A stretch of DNA of 62,899 nucleotides, counting the filler, from Choristocarpus tenellus KU-1152 (taxonomy: Eukaryota > Protista > Phaeophyceae): NCBI GenBank assembly GCA_964200185.2. It is 10 parts of 10 records of this genome, joined end to end, with 100 filler letters (N's around TTAATTAATTAA, not from the genome) between each part and the next. Parts side by side here need not be neighbours in the genome. Positions count along the whole stretch, not along the records: positions 46,965 to 49,801 come from CAXNAD020024315.1; positions 49,902 to 55,648 come from CAXNAD020009853.1; positions 55,749 to 59,191 come from CAXNAD020019986.1; positions 59,292 to 62,899 come from CAXNAD020018985.1; 6 more parts are not named here. One strand, given 5' to 3'. How positions within the stretch are numbered: position 1 is the first letter of the stretch; every line of letters begins with the position of its first letter. The notes beneath the pieces are model-generated. The model saw only the letters and a list, made by a program, of their open reading frames with translations. It was not told the origin of the DNA and did no database searches. The position numbers and the translations under genes are program-made. Shown here piece after piece: positions 49,217-62,162 of the stretch.

Positions 49217-51999
49217 GATGCCGAAATGTTATCAGATATGTCTAAAGACCCAGGAACCACAATGCACGACCCAGACCATTCCAAGGGTTCTTGTGATACT
49301 GGAACGACCAGGCGACAAGAAGTGGTATCGCTCCCTTCCGATATAAATCCCTATTTTATGATGCAACACAAATGTTCTTACGGGTTACCAAGTCACATGT
49401 ACGATGCTACGATAGTATGGAAAGGACGGGTTGTGCATTTCAACAAGGGACACGAAGATCTGCGTCACCACAGTTAAAGAGTGCATAGTATTAAGGTCCA
49501 ATTTATTATCCTCAAATACAGTCAACTAATCAAGGGTTGCACAGAAGATTGATCTCTTCCTACAAAACATAAGAGTGAGACTGACATATCATCACAATCG
49601 TCATCCGATCTTTCAAGTCAATCACCAATCAACAAACATGTGGTAAACCACGCACCCATTATAGTAATTAATGCCCCCACAGGAGTAGGTAGATGGGAAG
49701 ATAAGGAAGACAATAGTACAATATTTGAGGAGCGGGAGGATATGGTAGGAAAGGAGTAGTTAAATCCAGACTACGCCAAATTGTTTCGGTGACTACGCAA
49801 GNNNNNNNNNNNNNNNNNNNNNNNNNNNNNNNNNNNNNNNNNNNNTTAATTAATTAANNNNNNNNNNNNNNNNNNNNNNNNNNNNNNNNNNNNNNNNNNN
49901 NCCAAAAAAGTGAAAATCGAAAAAAGGGTGAAAAACGGACGCCGACACCCCCCCCCAAGATACTTTGACCCTTTAAATTCGATTAAATAGGATAAATTTG
50001 TGTGTTATGTTAACATACGTTATTATGTCATAACACATCATGAAAAAATTCAATAAAATATTGCAACGTTTTATGTAGTTATATGACATCAACAAAATGG
50101 TGAATGTACTTACATATGGTTGAGGTGATACCAGGAATTCAAGGTATCAATACAGGGAAAGGATAACTGGCATCCGATTTCCAATTGCACATCACCATAG
50201 AACAAAGCTGCATGCCAATTAAACAACATAGCACTTTCATTGTGTAATTTTTTTCATTTTTTTTTTAAACATGGTATATTTGTTGAGTTTTGGTGCGGAG
50301 TGTTACGGGTAAAGCTCAGCAAGGATAAAAGCATTGTGTACAGGTAAATAAAGGTCAAGGAGACTCTGACAATGAACACTGTGTACTCTTCTTTCTTCCA
50401 GAACAACTCTGAGTGGTTTCTCGCTAATGACTGTGTTTCAAGTCTACAATGTGATAGGTACTGCAGCTTGTTACATGGCACATCCATCTCAAGATGTTCT
50501 GTAGTGTTACTGCTCAAGGGAGACATGCTGTCACAGGCGATATGTCTTAATGGCGGTTCCATAAACGCCAATATGACCTTGGAGTCCTAGATTGTATATA
50601 TATCTGTTCTTACAATTTCTTTATTGTTTGGTCATTACGATGCTGCATGGAGGTGGTACATATTTGTTCTGTCCTGTTTTGATACCTCCATGAAAGCAGT
50701 GAAGTGAATAATCGGAGCAAGAGATCCAGTATATTCGACATGTACCTTGTGTCGATTTCTTTGGGGCTCACATCCACATACAGCCTTGTGGATTGGAGCT
50801 ACACATTCAATCAATGTCGGTTCATTAGCTCAACAGGGGAGGTGTAAGTCCACACATAGGATACGTATCATAATACCAATATTCTGGAAAATAGGACTTC
50901 TTGAATCTTTGTGTTTGAAAGTCTTAAACCTTTGGCATTTGGGGATGATGATCATTCTTCCATACATACATATTGCACAGCACGTGGTCATACACATTTT
51001 TTTGCTAGTGAAGCATCGTAAATTCACATAGATTTATGCCACAATTATGAAACTATAGGTAGGTGCGATTTTGAAAGTCCTATTCAAATTGTGAGGGCGA
51101 GGGCAGACCTGTTAAGCATTCTGCAAATTAATATTGACCTGCAAAAGTGCAATCAACTCTTCTCTCTGGTAACAAGCACATAGGTAAGTCTTTGCATTCT
51201 TGTCCTTGCAATTGCTAAAGTGAAACCCTGTGATAATGTTCTATAATAGTCAAAATGTTGTAGATAGGGCTTGGCTGACTGTTGGTGTTCTGCCCTTGTT
51301 TCAATACTGCTTTCATAGGATCAGAGAAAAAAACTTTAGGTTATATTTGTGTTGGAGTAGTGTTCTTGTTTTCCAGATGTCGGATATTGAAAGTACAGTG
51401 GGTGTACCGATACAAGAGGGGTCAACATAAGAGGGTAAATCGCCTTTGTCGCGAATTTTCATGCTAAAAGAGAGGTTTCGACGTTTTCCTGCCAATTCTC
51501 TCTTATATCGAGCAAACTTGCATTTTTTTAACTTCTTGACCAACGGGTTTCACAAAAAGCTATGTCTAAAGTTCAGCAAAATATAACATAATAAGGCACA
51601 AAGCTGCTGGAGACCAGCAGTACACAAAAATCAGCCCTTTGTCTCTCAGTGCTGTACAGTATAGTACATGCAGTATATCACATCATGTTTAGTTGACTGC
51701 ATTGTACAGATATAACGATGCCCTGCGCAGCGGGATCCAGTTACAACATACAGGGTGATACTCCTGGTCCGCCACACTACACATGCCATAAGGGTCGCGT
51801 TTTTAGCGCCTGTCTTCATGGCATTTGGGGCGTCATGGATCCTTTTTGGCGCCAGTGAAATTAAAAGCGCATGCAAATTGTGCATGGGCCCCACCAAGCG
51901 GAAGGCTTTGAGTCCTCCAGTCGGTCACAACACAGCGTCAAAGTGCCATATTAACAAGAACAAGAGCAAGGTGCTGCCAAATAAATCTACGGAGAAAGT

Positions 52000-52245
52000 C
52001 ATGTCCTAAAAGTCTCGTGATGCCGACAATCGTAAACGCCTGAGCAGAGAAGGCGGAAGCGTTGACACTCCTGAAGACCATGACAGGAACTGCGGTTGCT
52101 CAAAAATTTGTAATCGGTCACGACACCCTCTACAAGTTGAAGGATGCAAGAACCATCATGGAGAAAGCGCAGATGCTGAAGCCTGACGCCAAGTCTAGGA
52201 GGAGTGCCAAACATGTCGAGGTGCGTTAGTGTGTGGATTGAAAGC
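52000..52245 (+). mobile_element. CRE/RLE-like element 3' fragment
   Basis: 52165-52245 is the near-exact reverse complement of 53727-53810. Confidence 0.55.
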
Positions 52246-53726
52246 CTTCCGCCTGAACGTCTGAAGGGCATCTCGAGAAGCAGGTAGTTTTGTGGCTCTT
52301 GCCTCTTGAAATAGTTCCAAGAATCTTTCGTCCACCTATGGGATAGTGAGTGGGCACGACATTGGCGGGAGGTTTGGTGATAAAAAATTGCTTGGTGTTG
52401 AGTCTTGGCAGGACGTGCTTTGCAGATAAAGTGCCGCATGGTGGAAATTAAAATTGTATAGGTGGATACCGAGTGAAGAGAGGTGTTACACCTTTCATTT
52501 CAGATTATAACATGAATCAAAGATGTACAAAAAATTGGCGGAGGGGCCCAAATAAAAAGAGAGATATATGTGTGTTTGTGTCACACTGTCTGCCAATGTT
52601 TCGAACATTTCTTGTGCTACACCCAATGCACCACACTGCACGGAACGCCCTCCATCCACTTGGAATATATATCTTAAAAAAGAACTTGACGGAAGCAGTT
52701 TATCAGTGTATTCTTTGGTATGTTCTTCATGAGTGGTTGGCATGCAAAGGTACCTATACATTTTGTCCAGAATAGCTGACGCTACTAGTCTAGTTACGAG
52801 TCATGTTCAAGGTTTTTCTTTTTTACAAAAACAACACTCTCAGCCCATGGTCACAAGATAGTAAAAAATTGAAACGTGTCCCTGTTGAAGAGGCCTAAGT
52901 TTAATAATATACCATAATACAAGGTGCGTTTAGCGGTAAGTACATTCAGAAAAACTGATGGAGACTCTTCACCATCTGGATTTCAATATTCCAGGCTTGG
53001 GTTGTGGATCATCGAGCTCAGGAATATTATGTCAACTAGGCCCTCGGGTCACCATGAGATAGGGGACGATCTACCCTCCATTTAGAGGGCTAGAAGCTTT
53101 CGGTTGCTGACGAAGGAACCTCGAATGTTGTTGGAATTATTTTCTGGTGCAGATGCTAGAATACTTTACGGCTGGCTTTGGTTGCGATATGTCCAACATG
53201 CCAATTGGCCGATGTTGACGATATGGCAATAATACACAATAACTCCTACTGTGACTTTCACCCTGCCCAGGTATGGGGTGTGTTTCCACCCCTTCAAAAG
53301 TTTCAAACTACAGGTACTGACTTTACTATATCGTTCTTTAAATCATTGCCATCCAGCAAGATTGGATGCAGGACAGTACAGTGCTGTACGTCGTAATTGT
53401 TAGAGGTAACTTTAGGACACCACACACCAACTATACAGCACACGTTTATGTTCTATATCTAGTGTACGGATAGCACTTGACAGACTAAAAAGGAACTGCC
53501 ATTTTGAAATGTAGAAGGCACATTACGGGTGGCCATTTTGCACCTTGCGACACCTTGTACAAGGTGTTCCTACATATTAGTCCCATACAGACACCTTATG
53601 GGACGCACCTCTACGAGAAAAATGACAACCTGTGATACCACAATACACAGTACAGACATTACAGTACGAAAGATCGCGTAAAACTCCAGAAAATTCAATC
53701 ATGATCACAATCAACGTACTTTCAGA

Positions 53727-54590
53727 CTTTCAATCCACCCGCTGATGCACCTCGACATGTTTGGCACCCCTCCTAGACTTGGCGTCAGTCCTAAGCATCT
53801 GCGCCTTCCTCAATTTTGAGATTCCCCTGTTATCTCGAGAGAGCCACCTGTGCAGTGACAGACATTATTAGACTTGAGACCCCTTTCCTCCTGTACTCTC
53901 CAGTCCCTCTCTCCCCCACTATGTGTGTAGCCAACTCATCTACCTTTTTTTGCTTGCGTACCGAGTCGCCCAAAACGTTTCACCGCAAAGGTCTTGACGT
54001 TAAAACTTTGAGGGTAAAAGGAACCATCGTAGTAGGTGTGCTTTCGCTCCTCGACTGCAGCAACAGAACAGCAGCTACACCATTGCTGGTGGACGAATGT
54101 GGCAGATGGGAGGCTGCTTGCACTTCTGCAAGCGCAACATCCAGGAGGAAGCCTTTGTCATGGTAGGGAGCCAAGCCACCAGCCCCAAGTGCATCATCAT
54201 GGAAGACCATATCCATGCGGAAGCTCCAGTCCATTATGAATGGGATACCATCCCCCATAGTGCAAGAACGCCCATTCCCTTGCAGAGTTGGACTAGTCGC
54301 TTAAACATCGGCATGTGCTAGCGCATCTGTCCTTCCACCCTAGGGCAGGTACAAGCACGTGCGGTGTTGACATAATGCCTCCTGCACCGCGCCACGAGAC
54401 ACCAGTTGGATAGGGCCTCCTCCTTCTCTAGAGATCTCCTGGCAGTGAGTCTAAACTCTGCTGGAGGGATCTGGCGTGCTGGTTCCAGGGGTTGTGTGGA
54501 GGCCCATGCATTGGCACTAGTCCACACTGACTCCTGTGGAGGGCCAGGGCTAGCGAAGAGCATTCCCTCTCTTGGTCTGCATCATCTGGG
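53727..54590 (-). mobile_element. CRE-like non-LTR retrotransposon remnant (Zn-knuckle plus restriction-like endonuclease region)
   Basis: RQIPPAEFRL...WCLVARCRRH..ARACTC; FRMDMVF...KGFLLDVALAEVQ...GVAA; ends IMSVTAQVALSR. This is the typical C-terminal RLE layout. Confidence 0.7.
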
Positions 54591-54621
54591 AGGTTGGTCA
54601 GTTATATTTAGAAAAGGTCAA

Positions 54622-54793
54622 ACGACCCAAAGTATCTGGGGGGGGTGGCGGCTGTCCAATTGGGCTCAATTTTTTCATGTCGCAATTTTTGGGTAATTTC
54701 GATGCACATGTCGGATGGATAATGAAAGTGCACTTTTCCTGGTTTTGACCCAAATGGTGTAGACAGCCCCCCCCCCCCAGATACTTTGGGTCA
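54622..54793 (+). mobile_element. MITE family B, complete copy (TIR GACCCAAAGTATCTGGGGGGGG)
   Basis: aaac|gacccaaagtatctgggggggg ... cccccccccagatactttgggtc|aaac. Other ends at about 28769, 49938-49972, 55576-55648, 56571-56610. Confidence 0.9.
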
Positions 54794-55751
54794 AACCAGA
54801 TCCTGTTCTGTTACAGGCGAATAGCGCGAGCATTTCTTGTGTTCGAGTAAATGCGAGCATTTGTTACAGTTGAATAGCGCTAGCATTTCTTCTCGTGCTC
54901 TAACAAACGCAAGCTGTAGTGTACGAGATTAGTAGCACATAGGTAGGTAGCCTTACAGAATAATGCTGATTTCCTCAGAAGATGCAGAGTAAGATTCGTA
55001 ATGCATACGTAACCTTACAGAAGAAACGTCAAAGTCCCTAGAAGTTGCAGAATAATGGTTTATGACTGGAGTATTTATACAGCAGTTACATATATCTTTT
55101 ATCATAGAAGTCCAAAGAAATCAGGTGGATGAGGAAAAAAATAAAAGGGCTTTTGGTTAGTATCTATCATCCCTTTTGAAACAGTCTTTATCTTGAACAA
55201 AACATTGAGTCGAGCTTTGAGCTAAGTACTGATTGGAGTATCGAGAGAAGGCTGTCTGACACCCAAGAAACTATTATCAAAGGCAACGCCTCCATAGTGT
55301 CGTTTTAAGGTCATTGGATTTGAATTACACGTCCTGTGGAGGTGAGTTTTGGAGTGTGCTACAACAGCTCAGAAAGTGGGTGATCTCATGTTGTGCCCTC
55401 CTTATGATCCTGGCGTCGTGTGTCGTAATAGCTAGTGTTATACTTACGTTGTGTGGTGTGCTGATACAAGCATATAGGACAGTATGACAGTTTGATGTAC
55501 ATTTAGGGGTTATTCTGACATTATTTGAATGATTTTCTTTGGTTTTTCCCCTGACGCATCTGCAAAATCTCAGTGACCCAAAGTATCTGGGGGGGGGGGG
55601 GGGTGTCTACACCAGGGGGTCCATTTTGGGGCAAAACCAGGAAAAGTGNNNNNNNNNNNNNNNNNNNNNNNNNNNNNNNNNNNNNNNNNNNNTTAATTAA
55701 TTAANNNNNNNNNNNNNNNNNNNNNNNNNNNNNNNNNNNNNNNNNNNNTCT

Positions 55752-55807
55752 AGACATAATGTCATTCCCATGAAATATGCGCCATTCATGGGAATGACAT
55801 TACGTCT
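55752..55807. repeat. 23-bp inverted repeat (hairpin, 10-nt loop)
   Basis: agacataatgtcattcccatgaa-atatgcgcca-ttcatgggaatgacattacgtct; one mismatch. Confidence 0.9.
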
Positions 55808-56610
55808 GTGTAGGTACAAAAAAATCAGTCATCAATTCTAAACGTCTGTCCTGCTGCAGTCTCCAGTGGAAACATTATGAGGTACATTCTCCTGCAAGTC
55901 CATGGCGATGTTACATTGCGTCTCCCACAATCCATGAAATGGCAGGTTCCTTAGCAATACATCCAGCGTCTCCTACAATCAACAAAACTTCCCTAGTACA
56001 TCACCACTACATATCTTCGGAACAAAGTAATATGGTGGAACTTTCACTTCCTTCCTATCCTTTCACAATCTCTACGAACACATCCTGGGGTGTTTTCTAC
56101 TGTGGGTCCTTAGCCATACCAAAATGCGTCTCCCACGATCCTGGAAATATCCCTAGTGTCACGTCTAAAGTGAATCCTTGGAAAAAGTAGTACTTAACAA
56201 TTGACTTATCACCGAAATATCATACACACAAAAATGAGAAAAAACCTCTCCCTGACTAAAGTTAGTCTGCATACAACATCACAGCTGTCACTTGAATACT
56301 GTGGGCATGCACTAAAATACACGACAGATGGGGGACAAATTCAAATGAAATAATTTGCAAGAACACAAGAGAAGACAGTCACAATGGGTAATGTTCTCTT
56401 GTCACCGAAATAAGAGTTCCTGATGAAGCCTTCCAACCTCTCCAGTCTCGAACTGATGTCTTCCACCTCTCAAGATTCGGTTGGGGGGAGTTGTGGTCGA
56501 TACCATATGCGATCCCACCTTAGCCCCCCTTCCAGAAGGTTAACTCTGCAAGGGAATGGGCATTGGTCAAATACGGACGCCGGCACCCCCCCCCCCCAGA
56601 TACTTTGATC

Positions 56611-57361
56611 CCATCCCTTGCACTATGGAGGACGGTAGCCCATTCACAGTGGACCAGAATTTCCGCATTTGTGTGGTCTTCCATCCTGGGACACTTGAGG
56701 ATGCTGGATCAGCTCCACCAGGACAGAGGCCTCCTCCTGGATGTTGGGTTTGCAGAAGTGCAGACTCCCATATGCTCCACTTATCCACCAGTAATGATGT
56801 AGCTGGTATTGTAGCTGAGGAGTGAAAGCGGACCCACTACGAGGGTTCTTTTGATCCTCGTAGTTTGAGCCTCAACATCTTCGTGATACAAAGTTTTGGG
56901 CGCCCTGGTAAGCAAGCAGAAAATTTTCTGGATGAGCTAAATACACGCGCAATTAGGGGGGAGAGGAGTGGGAGGATATAGGAGGAAAGGGATTTTCAAA
57001 CCCCGTTTACGACAGATAGTGTCACTACACAAGTGGGTCTCTCAAGACGTGTCATGCGTTTCAAGTTGGAGACACCAAGCAGATGGGCAAGAGGGGGCTT
57101 GTCAGATTCTTGGGATGCTTCCCTCGCTCCTTGCCCAGTTTTGTTGGTCTAAGCTGGGTTGGAGGCATATAACAACAGTAATGTACACCTAACATTGAAA
57201 ATTTTAGACTTTAAGGGAGTTTGTAGTATAGCTGGTATATTCAAATACAAAAGAGATTTTAGAGAGATATCTTTCACATTTACGACAACAGTTACTTTTA
57301 CACATGTCCTTGTGATATCTGACTTCTTCCCTGGCACATGTGTAAAATGCCAGAGGGCATA
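56611..57361 (+). mobile_element. CRE/RLE-like non-LTR retrotransposon 3' remnant
   Basis: DRGLLLDVGFAEVQ...KRTHYEGSFDPRS...QSFGRPGKQAENFLDEL...RKGIFKPRLRQIVS; homologous to 53727-54590 and 1-247. Confidence 0.75.
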
Positions 57362-57449
57362 CAAATATGTTAGTACACAAAAACCAGGTGAGAACACCGA
57401 TTTCTAAGGCTTGGTCAGGACTCTTTATGAATTCAAAATACGTGTGAGC

Positions 57450-58200
57450 GACCAGTATGTTAAGTAAGTACGTAGGCACGAAAGGCGCAAACGGTGAGAC
57501 AGTCTTGACGTATCGTATGTGCCAACGCTTGGACCTCCACACAACCCTCAACACAGCTAGACATATACCTCCCCCAGAATTTCGGGCTAAGGTGAACTGT
57601 TCTTCAGAGGTGGAGAACGTTCTCTCCAATGGGAGCTCAATCGGGGTATGCCCAGAGTTGATGGCCAAGTACAGCAGGACTCACCCATGGTCTGTAATTG
57701 GGCGACATCTGCAGGTAGGTAAATAGATTGAAGCCCCCTGCCCTTGGAGAGACAATACCCCCTTCACGATCAAACTCGATTTCCGTATGGATACGGTTTT
57801 CCTTCCAGGGGTTCTCTCCAATAATGCAGCTACGGTGCCCCTTTAAGGAGCAAGGAGAAAAGAAGGGATTACTTTGTATATTACCTTCACTGAAGTACGA
57901 GCTGACTGCGATCTCCTCACAGTTCATCAAACAATGGCGGCGTTGCTGCTCCTGAGCAGCTGAGGACCAAAATCACCACCAAAACGAGGCATCTTTGACC
58001 CTCATTAATAGTTCTAACCTCAACACATTTGTGGTAGAAAACTTTGGGCACCTCGGCACACAGGCAGAACAGCTTTTCTGAATGAGCTAGAGACTTATGT
58101 CTTAGGTGGTAGGGGTATAGAGGGTTTCAGCGGAGAGGGAATGGTGACAGCAATTAAGACAGATTGCAATATTGTGGCAGTCTCCAGAAGATTACTTTGT
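57450..58200 (+). mobile_element. Further CRE/RLE-like remnant
   Basis: ARHIPPPEFRA..., then tttgaccctc...acatttgtggtagaaaactttgggcacctcggc...gatgagcta, parallel to 56850-56940. Confidence 0.65.
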
Positions 58201-59560
58201 TTCAAATTTGAGACTCCAGGTCAATGGGCTAGGAGAGGCTCGACGGATTTGGGGATTCTCCCTACTTCTCGTTCGTCTTCTTCATGTAGTCATTCTTGGA
58301 GTATCTTTCTTGTCTATCGTATATCGTTAGTAACATAAACTGCATGCAACAACTGTGTTTATGATTCCGTAACCCTCTACTCTTCTTGTGTTTTATTCAT
58401 CAAAACAACATGTTTCCTCTTCTCTAGTTCTACTACTACTGCTGTGCAATTATGATATTTTTTTGCTTCTACTATTTGACCTGAACTAGTTGAGAGGTAG
58501 GCAAGGTTTGCATTTTAAGGATGGAGGCAAAGTAAACGAGACGAGACGTACCCAGGTTTTGTCCATTCTCCACTATAAGTCTGTTTTGCAATCAATTGTA
58601 ATTCACCCATATTTCTATGAATGAAGTTCCAAGTTTCAATTTAGAATGTTTCTTTTCCTATTGTTCGAAACTCTTCCGATACAATTAAGAAAATATCCTA
58701 CAAACAGTGGAAAAAAAGTTGAATTTTGGACATATTTGTCACCATCCTTAAAGCCTCTTCTTTACTTTCACTCATTCCAAGAAATATATAATACTCCATA
58801 CATTTATTTACAGAAAGAACCTTTGCTGAATTGTGGTGTCGCTTTATTTATGTATGGGAAGGGGGAATATTAATCTTGCGTCTACTATAATTATTGCACA
58901 TACATACACAAACCAATGAAATAGGGCTTATTGCGCACGACAACAAAGACGGGTTAGAACGCAGAAGGGTTATATCTGCCTAGATCTGAATGACTTTAAA
59001 CATGTAAATGATCTTGTTTTTAAAAATGATAATCTCTACAACATGTGTATCACAAGGCACCTCAAGGGGATAGTAACAGATAGAGGACTTTTATTTTGGA
59101 TTGGTTTTTGTTTTATTACGTAATGTGAAAGTGTCAAAGGTGCCAAGTTCTTTTTTGCTCAAGGGGGCAATCACAATCACCTGACTGAACTNNNNNNNNN
59201 NNNNNNNNNNNNNNNNNNNNNNNNNNNNNNNNNNNTTAATTAATTAANNNNNNNNNNNNNNNNNNNNNNNNNNNNNNNNNNNNNNNNNNNNTACACTTTT
59301 ATTTAAATTATTTTTATATATTTTTGCCTCCCCCCCCCCCCCCTCCCCCCCCTCTTCCCTATTTTTTTGTAGGGGTTGACAAATGAAGCACTGATTTGTT
59401 TTTGTTTTTTTAGAACCGCCTTCCCGTCAGAGAGAGAGAGAGGGCTGGTTCACATCTCAGGATGATGTCCACTCCTTTTTTTCACATTTTTTGACCCCTG
59501 CTTGAAGACCTCTTTGCCAGCCCCCCAACCTATTCCACAGTAGTAACCTATTGCACCGTA

Positions 59561-59593
<33 letters not shown>

Positions 59594-59659
59594 GTAATAA
59601 TAATTTTGAAAATTCTCTTGTGTTGTTGTTATTGTTCGTAATGAATGAACACGTAATAG

Positions 59660-61765
59660 ATATTTGGTGAGAAAGAGGCAGACGTTCCGGTGCATATGGC
59701 GTTGTGGTCATGTCCTGCTCCAGACCCTCGCTTTGAGGAGAAGGACACTGTCTCTTTGGAGGGGAGGTTTCCCATTGGCTCCCGGTGAGATTTTATTATT
59801 ATTGTTGTGTTACTATTGTTATTGTTATTGATGTTTACGGTGTGGTTCGTTCTGTGGTTATTTTTTTTATCAAAGTCAGTAAAATAACAAAAATATATAT
59901 GTGTGTGTGTTTGTTTTTGTTTTTGTGCATGTTTATGAAAAAAATGTTATGTTTTTTTTTAATTCCATTTTTTACCACGAGTTGGAAGAGGGACAGCTGA
60001 CTTGAAGAAAAGAAGAATGAGAAAGTGCTCTGGAGTGTCTATCTGATGCTTTGCTTGAATGTTTTTTTTTATGTTTTTGGGGGGTGATTTGCGGCTCTTT
60101 TGAGAGTTTTTTGTTGTTGTTCCCTGGGTAATTTGTTGATGATTTGATGATAAATTGTTGGTAATTTGATTGTGATTTGATGGTAATTTACTGATAATTT
60201 GTTGGTGATTTGATGGTAATTTGTTGGTGGTCAGTTGTCAGTTGGTATACGTTTTTCTCTCCATTGACTGGTTTTGAATTTTAAAATTGGAAATTGGAAG
60301 CGAGTGCTTGTTGTTGTTGGGGGGGGGTTCTTTGTTTGTTCTTTGTTTGTTCTTTGTTTTTTTTTTATACAAAAGAAAATGATGCGTTTTGTACACAGAG
60401 TAGAAGACTGCGTCTTTTTTTGTAGCATTTTTTATTATTATTTTGTGATATTAACAATATATACTATTATATACTGTTATTGTTCCACACGTTTCATTGG
60501 TTTTATTTTCTCAATGTATTGTGAAAAGGGGGGGTTTCACATGTCTTGGGAGGCAAGATGATAAAAGACAAAAAAAAAAAAGTAATGATAAAAAAATATG
60601 TATTTTTGAAGTTTTCATAAATAGATGTATCTCTGTGTGTGTATTGTGTGGTTGTGTTCAATGCTATCTCTTTCTCTTTTGTAAAACGCATGTCGTCTGG
60701 AAAAAAAAAAATGTTTGGGAATTAATTCTTTTTGTTTGCTGGCTCTGTGGCATCTTCTGTTTTCCAGGGAAAACGCTCTAGAGCTGCTTTGTTAGCTCTA
60801 GAAACATCTCTCTTTTTTATTCATTTTTTTTGTTCTGATAAATGTATTATTTATGTATGAATATAGACATGAAGGTATGGTGTATGTATATGACTGTATT
60901 GTAAGAAGGTATAGTTTGTAATGAAAGAAGGTATAGTTTGTAATGAAGGAAGATATAGTTTGTATTGAAAGAAGGTATAGTTTGTAATGAAAGAAGATAT
61001 TGTTTGTAATGAAAGAAGGTATAGTTTGTATTGAAAGAAGGTATAGTTTGTATTGAAAGAAGGTATAGTTTGTTCGGGGTGCACAGCACATGCAAGTATC
61101 AAAAAGGGTATACCTTGAGGTCAAGATGAAAAAAACTTAGGTTAGTTTCCCTGACTCACTCCTTGGTCATCTGTACCTTCAATGATTCAGTCTAGAAGTG
61201 TTAAAACTAACCCTAGCCCTAATCCTATGGCCCACAGTATCAAATCAACCAAAGTACAGCCCAAAATCAACAATTTTGAGGTCAAACTATGTAACTGTCA
61301 AATCAGAACGTTTATGGATCGATGTATGACATTTTAAGGTATACATACAATCAGCATATATATATATATATATATTGATATTGATATTGATATATACTCA
61401 TGACAGTACATACTCTGGAGTGTATGTATTCAATACTGTATACTGTCATTGGTCTATTTGACAGTTACATACTATATACTGCCGTTACTCCGTAGCACTT
61501 GACTTTTTTGTTTTCTACCCTATTACAGGCAAGTCTTTTATTATATATTTGATATTTTATTTGATTTTATTTTATGTCTGCCCCCCCCCGCCCCCCCCCC
61601 CCCCCCCCCCCCCCCCCCCCTTTTCCCTTTTTGTTTTTTTTGGGTGATGATTGTTTGTGTGTGTTTGTGTTTTTTTTTGTTGAAATCAGGCTTGTATGCC
61701 TTCATGGAGGAGATGGTCATGGCTGTGCTGGCGATGTCGTGGGCTACAGTGATGACAAGACTAAG
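59660..61765 (+). CDS. XRN1: 5'-3' exoribonuclease XRN1, two internal exons (partial)
   Basis: 59660-59784 (IFGEKEADVPVHMALWSCPAPDPRFEEKDTVSLEGRFPIGS) joins in phase to 61690-61765 (RLVCLHGGDGHGCAGDVVGY). Matches from memory the XRN1 D(E/P)RFxE...FPxGSxV..L...YGxxGxV segment. Confidence 0.65.
60900..61072. repeat. 21-bp minisatellite (gaaagaaggtatagtttgta.t) x8
   Basis: Directly visible tandem units in the XRN1 intron. Confidence 0.95.
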
Positions 61766-62084
61766 GTTAGGGGTTTTTTATATGGTTCTGATTGTGTTGT
61801 GCCAGTAAGGGTATATGCCTTGTGTAGTCTGTTCTTATTTTAAATATTTTATTTTTTATGTGGGGTTTCAATCGTGTCATTTTTTTCATGTTTTAACTCT
61901 TTTGTTGAAATAGTTCAGATAAAATATAAATATGTATTTTTTATTTCAAAATACCATGCCCTCAAATATTTTTGGTTTTTGAAATTCTTGGTTTGCTTTT
62001 TTTTTTTCATAGGCTTTGCATTGAAATATATATATATATATATATATATGAGCATCTGCTTATTGGGCAACATAATCACAATCA

Positions 62085-62162
62085 CTCTTTTACTATGTTA
62101 TAGGTGACATAAACACTCTTTTACTGTGTTATAGGTGACATAAACACTCATTTACTATGTTA
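62085..62162. repeat. About 29-bp tandem repeat x3
   Basis: cactcttttactatgttataggtgacataaa units. Confidence 0.8.
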
